From Candidatus Limnocylindrales bacterium (GTDB lineage Bacteria; Chloroflexota; Limnocylindria; Limnocylindrales; CSP1-4), in NCBI GenBank assembly GCA_036504355.1, contig DASXVG010000083.1:8902-72901 (forward strand): 64,000 nucleotides of DNA. Direction: 5' to 3'. Within the stretch, counting starts at the first letter, position 1; the number at the start of each line of letters is the position of its first letter. The notes under the pieces were generated by a model that worked only from the letters and a program-made list of their open reading frames with translations, ran no database searches and was not told the origin of the DNA. Positions 38,142 to 45,858 of the stretch are shown piece after piece. The translations under genes were made by a program, and so were the position numbers.

Positions 38142-39548
38142 ATGCCGAACGGCCCCGACCAGCGCGCAAGCCGCAACCGCCGCCCGCGCCGTCGATCCCA
38201 GACCGCGAACCGCCTGCCGGTCACCGAGCAGGACGAGGTAGCCGAGCTCGAAGCCGCCCGCGAGCGAAACGACCTGGACATCTCCGACCTGCGCGAGATG
38301 TCGGTCAAGGAGCTCCAGCAGGTCGGCAAGAAGCTGGAGATCGAGGGCGGCGCCCGTCGTGACGACCTCGTCGACCAGATCCTCCAGGCGCAGACCGAGC
38401 GTGCGGGCCTCGACTACGCCTTCGGCATCCTCGACGTCGTGGACGACGGCTACGGCTTCATCCGCCGCCATGGCCTCCTCCCGAGCGCGGAAGACGTCTA
38501 CGTCTCCAGCTCCCAGGTCCGCCGGTTCGGGCTCCGGATCGGCGACCGCGTCGCGGGCGCCGTCCGCGCCCCGCGCGAGGGCGAGAAGTTCTTCGGCCTC
38601 ATCCGCGTCGACAGCGTCAACGGCGTCGACACCGAGACGGCCCGCCGCCGCCCGGTGTTCAACGACCTGACCCCGATCCATCCGATCGAGCTGATCAACC
38701 TGGAGTCGGACCCGAAGAACCTGAGCCAGCGCCTGGTCAACCTCGTCAACCCGCTGGGCAAGGGCCAGCGCGCGCTGATCGTCAGCCCGCCCAAGGCCGG
38801 CAAGACGATGCTGCTCAAGAACATCGCCAACGGCATCAGCTCCAACTACCCGGACATCCTGCTCATGGTCGCCCTCATCGGCGAGCGGCCGGAGGAGGTC
38901 ACGGACATGCGACGGTCCGTCCACGGCGAGGTCATCAGCTCGACCTTCGACGAGCCGACCGAGAACCACACCCACGTCGCCGAGATGGCGCTCGAGATCG
39001 CGAAGCGCCAGGTGGAGACCGGCCGGGACGTCGTGATCCTGCTCGACTCGATCACGAGGCTCGCGCGCGCGTACAACCTGGCGCTGCCGCCCTCCGGCCG
39101 GACCCTGTCCGGCGGCATCGACCCGATCGCCCTCTATCCGCCCAAGCGGTTCTTCGGCGCCGCGCGCAAGATCGAGGAGGGCGGGTCGCTCACGATCATC
39201 GCGACCTGTCTCGTCGACACCGGCTCGCGCATGGACGACGTCATCTACGAAGAGTTCAAGGGCACCGGGAACTCGGAGCTCATCCTCGATCGAAAGCTGG
39301 CCGAGAAGCGCATCTTCCCGGCGATCGACGTCCAGCGCTCGGGCACCCGCCGCGAGGAGCTGCTGCTCGAGGAGGGCACGCTCAAGATGGTCTGGACGAT
39401 GCGCCGGATGCTGTCCGCGGTCGGCACCAACGAGGGCATCGAGCTGCTGCTCAACCGGATCGCCAAGACCGAGAACAACGCGCAGTTCCTGGGAACGCTG
39501 ACCAAGAGCCTGGACGATGCGTCCGCGGGGCGACGCGGCGGCGACTGA
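38142..39548 (+). CDS. rho: Transcription termination factor Rho
   Basis: Rho N-terminal and CSD domain ([31 protein letters not shown]), Walker A SPPKAGKT, ...[21 protein letters not shown], ...[19 protein letters not shown]. Confidence 0.95.
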   Translation: MPNGPDQRASRNRRPRRRSQTANRLPVTEQDEVAELEAARERNDLDISDLREMSVKELQQVGKKLEIEGGARRDDLVDQILQAQTERAGLDYAFGILDVVDDGYGFIRRHGLLPSAEDVYVSSSQVRRFGLRIGDRVAGAVRAPREGEKFFGLIRVDSVNGVDTETARRRPVFNDLTPIHPIELINLESDPKNLSQRLVNLVNPLGKGQRALIVSPPKAGKTMLLKNIANGISSNYPDILLMVALIGERPEEVTDMRRSVHGEVISSTFDEPTENHTHVAEMALEIAKRQVETGRDVVILLDSITRLARAYNLALPPSGRTLSGGIDPIALYPPKRFFGAARKIEEGGSLTIIATCLVDTGSRMDDVIYEEFKGTGNSELILDRKLAEKRIFPAIDVQRSGTRREELLLEEGTLKMVWTMRRMLSAVGTNEGIELLLNRIAKTENNAQFLGTLTKSLDDASAGRRGGD

Positions 39549-39707
39549 CCGCGATCGCCCAGCTGAGCGCGACCGAGATTCGGCGGAATCGCCCGCCAAC
39601 CGGCCCCCAATTGCATGCCATCTGGCCCCCAGCCGCAAGGCCCGGCGGGTTTGCACGGACTGCAACGTGTCTGGTACGGTTCGGGGCGAGTTGAAGGGTC
39701 GTCCCCA

Positions 39708-41222
39708 ATGCGGGATCGGCCTCGGGGGAAGAGACCGAGCACCGAGAGCGACCCCGGGATGTCGGACGTGTGCCACCGCGGTGGTGCCAGTCCTGGGTCC
39801 GACATCTCCTCCAGGGAGACCGTATTGCAGAAGCCAACGGTTGGCGCGCCGCGTCCCGATGACGCCGGACAGACCGACCGCCTCCAGGCACCCGCGACCT
39901 CTCCGCTGCGCCGCCTGACAAGTAGCGCCACGCGCGCCGTCCGGGGCTGGGCGCGGAAGCGCACCGCCGCCGTGACGGGCACCGTCGCGTCGTCGCTGCG
40001 CCCGTTCGCATCTGCAGAGCGCGCCCTCCCGATCGCCGTCGCGTCGATCGTGGCGGTCGCGGCGCTCCTCGCGTTCCTGCCGAGCACCCCCCAGGGGGCC
40101 GTGAGCGGCATCCAGGGCACCAGCTCCGCGCCCCGACTCGCCGTCGGGGGCACCGAGCGTGCCACCCAGCCCGATCGCGTCGACGGCACCAGCATCGACG
40201 CCGCCCAGGCGCCCGCCGGCCTCGTGGGACCCTCGACAAGCTTCACCCCGGTCTCGCTCCCGGGCACCGTCGCCAACGACCCCGCCGTCGAGCCGTCGGG
40301 TGGAGTCGACGCCGCCACGCTCCCCGGGTCCGCGGTCGCACCGGCAGCCACCACCGAGCCCGAGAGCGCCGTCCTCGACGACGGCACGCTGCTGACCGGC
40401 TACGCCCCCGAGACGATCGTCGAGGATGGCGCGAACCTCATCCGCGCCTACACGGTCCAGAAGGGGGACACCCTCGCGGCGGTCGCGAAGAAGTTCGACG
40501 TCTCGCTGATGACCCTGTGGTGGGCCAACAAGCTCAAGACGAAGGACGTCAAGTCGGGCCAGGTCCTGCGGATCCCGCCGGTCTCCGGGCTCGTGTACAC
40601 GGTCAAGGACACGGACACGCTCGACACCGTCGCCAAGAGCTTCAAGGTCGACGCCTCGAAGATCGTGGAGCTCAACGGCCTCGAGGACCCCACGCTCGTC
40701 GTCGGCCAGGTGCTCGTGCTCCCCGGCGCCAAGGGCGCCCCGATGCCCACACCCAAGCTCGTCGCGAAGCCCGGTGCCGGGACCTCAGCGGTCGGCAGCG
40801 CCGGCGGCGGCGTGCTCGGCGGTGGTCCGTCCACGTACCCGGGCGGCAAGTTCCACTGGCCCGTCGTCGGCGGCAACAACTACGTCAGCCAGTACTTCCA
40901 CTACGGCCACTGGGCCATCGACATCGCGGCCGACTACGGCTCGAAGGTCGTCGCCGCGGCGCCGGGCAAGGTGATCTTCGCCGGCTGGAAGTCCAACGGC
41001 GGCGGGTACCAGGTCTGGATGTCCCACGGCTCAGGGATCTACACGACGTACAACCACATGTCTGCGGTCACGGTGTCCAACGGCGCGACCGTCGGGCGTG
41101 GCCAGCAGGTCGGGCGCATCGGCGCAAGCGGCAATGCCACCGGCCCGCACCTCCACTTCGAGGTGTGGAACGGACCCGTCTGGAACGGCGGCACCCGGGT
41201 CAACCCGCTGAAGTACTTCTAG
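39708..41222 (+). CDS. LysM-domain M23 family peptidoglycan metalloendopeptidase
   Basis: One TM helix, two LysM repeats (YTVQKGDTLAAVAKKF, YTVKDTDTLDTVAKSF) and an M23 core (HYGHWAIDIAA, TYNHMS, GNATGPHLHFEV). The start is uncertain (39708, 39759 or GTG 39972). Confidence 0.85.
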   Translation: MRDRPRGKRPSTESDPGMSDVCHRGGASPGSDISSRETVLQKPTVGAPRPDDAGQTDRLQAPATSPLRRLTSSATRAVRGWARKRTAAVTGTVASSLRPFASAERALPIAVASIVAVAALLAFLPSTPQGAVSGIQGTSSAPRLAVGGTERATQPDRVDGTSIDAAQAPAGLVGPSTSFTPVSLPGTVANDPAVEPSGGVDAATLPGSAVAPAATTEPESAVLDDGTLLTGYAPETIVEDGANLIRAYTVQKGDTLAAVAKKFDVSLMTLWWANKLKTKDVKSGQVLRIPPVSGLVYTVKDTDTLDTVAKSFKVDASKIVELNGLEDPTLVVGQVLVLPGAKGAPMPTPKLVAKPGAGTSAVGSAGGGVLGGGPSTYPGGKFHWPVVGGNNYVSQYFHYGHWAIDIAADYGSKVVAAAPGKVIFAGWKSNGGGYQVWMSHGSGIYTTYNHMSAVTVSNGATVGRGQQVGRIGASGNATGPHLHFEVWNGPVWNGGTRVNPLKYF

Positions 41223-41298
41223 CGGGTCTCGCGCTCCACGGCCTCGCCACCGGCCCGTCTGCCCGGTCGCCGGGGGGCCGCGTGCGACAATCACCTCG

Positions 41299-42588
41299 AT
41301 GTTTCTCGATGATGTCCGGATCTTCGTGCGTGCGGGCGCGGGCGGCGATGGCGCAGCGACGATGCGCCGGGAGGCCCACGTGCCCCGAGGAGGGCCGGAC
41401 GGCGGCGACGGCGGTCGGGGCGGCTCCATCTACCTCCGAGTGGATGCAGGCCAGACCGCCCTCCACGACTTCCGCTACAAGCACCACTTCGGCGCGACGC
41501 CGGGCGGCCGCGGCGAGCGGCAGAAGCGCCACGGCAAGGCCGGGGACGACCTCTACCTCGCCGTCCCGCCTGGCACCGCGGTCCTCGACGGCGAGACGGG
41601 CGCCCTGATCGCCGACCTCGTGGCGGTGGGCCAGGAGGTCATGGTGGCGAAGGGCGGCCGGGGCGGGCTCGGCAACACCCACTTCGCGACCGCGGTGCAC
41701 CAGGCGCCCAAGCATGCGCAACGCGGCGAGCCAGGCGAGGAGCGATGGCTCCGGCTCGAGCTCCGGCTCATCGCCGATGTCGGCCTCGTGGGGCTGCCCA
41801 ACGCCGGCAAGTCCACGCTGCTCGCGGCGCTGACCAACGCCACGCCGAAGATCGCCTCCTACCCGTTCACCACCCTGGAGCCCAACCTCGGCGTCATGGA
41901 CCTCGGCGTCGACGACGGCCGGCAGCCGACGATCGCGGACGTCCCGGGGCTCATCGAGGGTGCGTCCGCGGGTGCGGGCCTCGGCCATGCGTTCCTGCGC
42001 CACGTCGAGCGCACGCGGATCCTGCTCCACGTCGTGGATGGCTCCGCCAAGGATCCCGCCTGGGACCACTCGATCATCCGCGACGAGCTCGAGGCGCACG
42101 ACCCGGCGTTGCTGCGTAAGCCGATGCTCGTGGTGTTCAACAAGCTCGATCTCGCGGCGGCGCGCGAGGCGTGGCCGGCATTCCGGGCCGCGATGGATGC
42201 GGCGGGGACCGGCGTGGTGGCCATCTCCGCGGACGATGGCGAGGGGCTCGACGAGCTGCGCGCGGCGGTCGCCGACCTGCTGCCCGACCTCGAGGGCCTC
42301 CAGGCACCGCCCGATCCCGCGGGGGTCGTCGTCCACCGGCTCGAGGCTGCAGGGGACGGCTACACCGTCGAACGCGAGGACGGGGCATTCCGCGTGCGCG
42401 GCAAGCGCGTCGAGCGGCTCACGAACCAGACGAACTTCGACAACGAGGAGTCGGCCGAGCGGTTCCAGCGAGAGCTGGTGCGGACGGGGATCGACGCGGC
42501 GCTGCGCAAGGCCGGGATCCGACAGGGCGACCAGGTCCGGATCGCGGCGCATGAGCTGGAATGGGAGCCCCCGGAGGACGACGAGTGA
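41299..42588 (+). CDS. obg: GTPase Obg/CgtA
   Basis: MFLDDVRIFVRAGAGGDGAATMRREAHVPRGGPDGGDGGRGGSIYL. G-domain GLPNAGKST, DVPGLIEGA, NKLD. Confidence 0.95.
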   Translation: MFLDDVRIFVRAGAGGDGAATMRREAHVPRGGPDGGDGGRGGSIYLRVDAGQTALHDFRYKHHFGATPGGRGERQKRHGKAGDDLYLAVPPGTAVLDGETGALIADLVAVGQEVMVAKGGRGGLGNTHFATAVHQAPKHAQRGEPGEERWLRLELRLIADVGLVGLPNAGKSTLLAALTNATPKIASYPFTTLEPNLGVMDLGVDDGRQPTIADVPGLIEGASAGAGLGHAFLRHVERTRILLHVVDGSAKDPAWDHSIIRDELEAHDPALLRKPMLVVFNKLDLAAAREAWPAFRAAMDAAGTGVVAISADDGEGLDELRAAVADLLPDLEGLQAPPDPAGVVVHRLEAAGDGYTVEREDGAFRVRGKRVERLTNQTNFDNEESAERFQRELVRTGIDAALRKAGIRQGDQVRIAAHELEWEPPEDDE

Positions 42589-43253
42589 CATCCGCCCCGG
42601 CCGTCATCGCGCCGCCCGCCCGGGTGGTCCGCGGGTCGGTGGGGATCTTCGGTGGGACATTCGACCCGGTGCATCACGGGCACCTGGCGATCGCCGAGGA
42701 GGCGCGCGAGGCGCTGGGCCTCGAGGTGGTGCGGTTCGTCCCCGCTGCGGCGTCACCGTTCAAGGCGGATCGCCCGGTGACGGACGCGGCCCACCGGCTC
42801 GCCATGGTCGAGGCGGCGATCGAGGGCAACCCGGCCTTCGAGGCGAGCCGGATCGAGCTCGACCGGCCGGGGCCGTCGTACACGGTGGACACGCTCGAGG
42901 CCATCGCCGCGAACGGCGTCACCGACGCCTGGCTCATCGTCTCGTCCGAGGCGCTGGCCGGGTTGCCGCGGTGGCGCGAACCGGCGCGGATTCTCGAGCT
43001 CGCGCGAGTCGCGGTGGTGCCTCGCTCGGGGTTCGATCCGCTCGGCGACACGTGGGTGACCGAGCAGTTCCCGGGTCGGGATGACCGGTTCGCCTTCCTG
43101 CCGGGGCCCCTCTTGCCCATCTCGGGTAGCGTGGTGCGACGCCGGGCGGCCGCGGGCCGCTCCGTCCGCTATCTCGTGCCGGAGGCGGTCGCCGCCTACA
43201 TCGCCACGCATCGCCTGTACGCTGACCACGCATCGAGGACCAACGCCACGTGA
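42585..43253 (+). CDS. nadD: Nicotinate-nucleotide adenylyltransferase
   Basis: GIFGGTFDPVHHGHL, ...SYTVDTL. GTG overlaps the obg stop (GTGA). Confidence 0.9.
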   Translation: MTSAPAVIAPPARVVRGSVGIFGGTFDPVHHGHLAIAEEAREALGLEVVRFVPAAASPFKADRPVTDAAHRLAMVEAAIEGNPAFEASRIELDRPGPSYTVDTLEAIAANGVTDAWLIVSSEALAGLPRWREPARILELARVAVVPRSGFDPLGDTWVTEQFPGRDDRFAFLPGPLLPISGSVVRRRAAAGRSVRYLVPEAVAAYIATHRLYADHASRTNAT

Positions 43254-43672
43254 CCGATCCCGTTTCGTCCACCGTCCCGCGCCCGGACGGCCTCCCGGCG
43301 CGCGACACCGCCGCACCGAAGTCGGACCTCGTGCCGCTCGATCTCGCCCGGCGGATCGTCGAGCTCGCGGAGGACAAGAAAGCGGCCGACATCGTGCTCC
43401 TCGACCTCGGCGAGCTGACGACCGTGGCTGACGCGTTCGTCATCTGCTCCGGGGGGTCGGAGCGCCAGATCAGCGCCATCGCCGACGGCATCCTCCAGGG
43501 GCTCCGCGACGAGGGCGTGAAGCCCATCGGACGCGAGGGTACGGCCGAGTCCCACTGGGTGCTCGTGGACTTCGGGTCCGTGATCGTGCACGTGTTCACC
43601 CCGCCCGAGCGCGACTACTACCAACTGGAGAAGCACTGGGCCGGCGCCAGGACGATCCTCCGCGTCCAGTAG
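43250..43672 (+). CDS. rsfS: Ribosome silencing factor RsfS
   Basis: ...DKKAADIVLLDLGELTTVADAFVICSGGSERQ..., WVLVDFGSVIVHVFTPPERDYYQLE. GTG overlaps the nadD stop. Confidence 0.9.
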   Translation: MTDPVSSTVPRPDGLPARDTAAPKSDLVPLDLARRIVELAEDKKAADIVLLDLGELTTVADAFVICSGGSERQISAIADGILQGLRDEGVKPIGREGTAESHWVLVDFGSVIVHVFTPPERDYYQLEKHWAGARTILRVQ

Positions 43673-43804
43673 CGTCTGGGCCGCTTCGGCGGCGCGTGCC
43701 GCGGGGTACGGGGAGGACCGGTACCGCTGGGTCATGTCCCCCGCGCACCACCCTTCCTAGCATCCATCCCAAGTCGTAGGCCACCATGGTCGACGCCACC
43801 GGAG

Positions 43805-44068
43805 ATGGACCCGATGTCGGGCCTGCGAGATCGCTGCCCCAGCTGCAGCCGGCGCCTCATCATCACCCGCTTCGATACGACGTTCCGGCTTGCGGACCGC
43901 TCGGAGCGGCTGTGCTTCGGCATCCCCGGCGGGCTGTGCGAGGACTGCCACCAGCTGTATATCGATCCGGAGTTGATCGAGCTCCTGGACCTCGCCGACG
44001 GCCGGTGCGTGTTCGCGATCGAGAGCGACATCGTGCTCCAGGAAGAGGCCTGGTCCTCGGCCGACTGA
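43805..44068 (+). CDS. Small YgiT-type (MqsA N-terminal-like) zinc-finger protein without an HTH domain
   Basis: 87 aa with high GC3: CPSC-x36-CEDC, as in CPSCSRRLIITRFDTTFRLADRSERLCFGIPGGLCEDCHQLYIDPE. GGAG lies 9 nt upstream of the alternative ATG 43814. Confidence 0.6.
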   Translation: MDPMSGLRDRCPSCSRRLIITRFDTTFRLADRSERLCFGIPGGLCEDCHQLYIDPELIELLDLADGRCVFAIESDIVLQEEAWSSAD

Positions 44069-44091
44069 CCGGCGTCACCCGTCACGTCCGC

Positions 44092-44134
44092 GGCGCCGCG
44101 TCGAGCGGCGCCGCGTCGAGCGGCGCCGTTTCGA
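44092..44134. repeat. Tandem 15-nt repeat GGCGCCGCGTCGAGC, 2.8 copies
   Basis: Read directly in the convergent spacer between the zinc-finger ORF and holA. Confidence 0.7.
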
Positions 44135-44158
44135 TTCCGGGTCGGATCGTCGGTGGGG

Positions 44159-45223
44159 TCAGCTGCCGCCGGCGTCCCTCCGCCGCCCAGGTGCGACGCA
44201 CTCTTCGACCCACAGCGCGAAGGCGAGCCGCCGCTGGCGCTCGGTGGACCCCGAGTCCGGGGCGCCCTTGACCATCGCATCGAGGGCCTGGACGCCCTCG
44301 AGCGCGTCCTCGAGCTCCGCCACCGTCCACGAGCGGGCCTGGTCGGCGAGCTTCTGGGCTCGGAACGGGTGGCCACCGATGGCGGTGACGATGTCCGCCG
44401 GCCGGGCGCGGCGGCTCGTGAGGTCCGCGGCGATGAGCAGCTCCCGCAACCGGCGATGGAGCTGGACGGTGACGACCGGCTCGGGCGTCGTCTCGAGCAG
44501 GCGGTCGAGGGCCGGTGCGGCCATCGCGGTCCGGCGTTCGGCGACGGCGTCGAGAAACGCCCACGTGGAGTCCGGGACGACCTCCGGGACGAGCGCCCTG
44601 ACGTCGTCCTCGCTGACCGGGTCGAACGGGCGGTAGAGCGCGAGCTTGTCGAGCTCGCCCACGGCGAGCACGCCCATCCGCTGGCGGTCGACGTCGCCCT
44701 CGTTGACGAACCCGCCGACGCGCCGGGCGAGCTCCCTGGCGGCGCCGGGCCCGAGCTGCATGTCGCGCTCCGTTGCGCGCGCGACGATCCAGCCCGCGAG
44801 GTCCGACGGCCGCGGCGCCTTGAACGCCCGCGCCTCGCCACCTGCCTTCAGGACCGCGGCCTCGAGCGCGCGGAGCGCCGCGGACCGACGGCTGCCGGCG
44901 TCGCCCTGCTCGACGAACACGAGCGCGTTCCCGGGCGCAACCGTCGCGATGGCCGCCTCGAGCGACTCGCGCTCGGCCTTCGCCCGGAGGAGGGGTGCCG
45001 GGTCCACCACCACGGCGACCGTCCCGCCGCCGAACAGCGGCGTCGTGGCGACTCGCTCGCCGATCGCGGCCGCGCTCGTCTCCGTTCCGGTGACCCGCCA
45101 GCGATCGGGTGGGGCGCCCGTGTCCTGCTCGATCCTTCGGGCGACGAGGGTTGCGGCCCGATCGAGCGCCCAGCCGTCGTCGCCGCGGTAGTACGCGATG
45201 ATCGGGACGTCGCCGCTCATCAC
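44159..45223 (-). CDS. holA: DNA polymerase III subunit delta
   Basis: 354 aa of typical length and layout (...TPLFGGGTVAVVVD..., ...AFKAPRPSDLAGWI..., ...FRAQKLADQARSWT...). Conserved position after comEC. The start GTG/ATG overlaps the HD-gene stop (ATGTGATGA). Confidence 0.85.
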   Translation of the reverse strand: MMSGDVPIIAYYRGDDGWALDRAATLVARRIEQDTGAPPDRWRVTGTETSAAAIGERVATTPLFGGGTVAVVVDPAPLLRAKAERESLEAAIATVAPGNALVFVEQGDAGSRRSAALRALEAAVLKAGGEARAFKAPRPSDLAGWIVARATERDMQLGPGAARELARRVGGFVNEGDVDRQRMGVLAVGELDKLALYRPFDPVSEDDVRALVPEVVPDSTWAFLDAVAERRTAMAAPALDRLLETTPEPVVTVQLHRRLRELLIAADLTSRRARPADIVTAIGGHPFRAQKLADQARSWTVAELEDALEGVQALDAMVKGAPDSGSTERQRRLAFALWVEECVAPGRRRDAGGS

Positions 45224-45858
45224 ATCGCCCCTGCGAGCGCGCGTCGCGACCAGCGGAGCCGGCGGACGTCGCCCGGCGCCACGCGTGCGTCCCGGCAGAC
45301 GCGCTGCTCCAGGTCGCGGGCTCTCGCTTCGACGAGGCCCGCGAGCCCGTCATCCCAGCCTCGACCCATCGGCGCCGTGCCGGCATCTCCCGGTACGGGA
45401 TCGGCGGGCCCGTCCGGGTAGCGCCGGCGCCAGGACGAGAACCGCGCGTCCATCGACTCGAGCCGCTGGCCCGCCCGCTTGTCCGCGTAGGCCACGATCC
45501 GCGCCTCGGGCGACGCGGCCTTCGTCCATGCGGCGCCGTCGGGCTGCGTGAGCCGGGTGACGGGGTGGTCACGGACCACGGGCCCCAGCTCCGGCATCCC
45601 GTGGGCAGCGAGCCAGGCCGCCGAGCCATCGCCGTGGCGCAGGTGGGCCGGGGCCTGCGCCCGGGGAAGCTTGTCCACGTCGTGCAGCAGCGCCGCCGCC
45701 TCGACCAGCGCGACGTCCACCCTGACCCCGCTCTCCGCCGTGCGGGCAGCGAGCCACGCTGCGACGTCGGCGACCGCGCACGCGTGCCCCAGAAACCAGG
45801 CTGGGGGTTCCAGCGAGGTCAGCAGGCGGGCGGCCTCTCGGCGTCCGGGGATCGTCAT
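45220..45858 (-). CDS. HD/HDIG-domain phosphohydrolase
   Basis: 212 aa: H...HD motif (LGHACAVADVAAWLA...AAALLHDVDK), later ...VAYADKR. Confidence 0.8.
   Translation of the reverse strand: MTIPGRREAARLLTSLEPPAWFLGHACAVADVAAWLAARTAESGVRVDVALVEAAALLHDVDKLPRAQAPAHLRHGDGSAAWLAAHGMPELGPVVRDHPVTRLTQPDGAAWTKAASPEARIVAYADKRAGQRLESMDARFSSWRRRYPDGPADPVPGDAGTAPMGRGWDDGLAGLVEARARDLEQRVCRDARVAPGDVRRLRWSRRALAGAM

Noticed and set aside
43673-44158. MqsRA-like toxin-antitoxin pair around the zinc-finger ORF
   Set aside because: No second small ORF with coding character lies on either side, and the zinc-finger protein lacks the HTH domain of MqsA.
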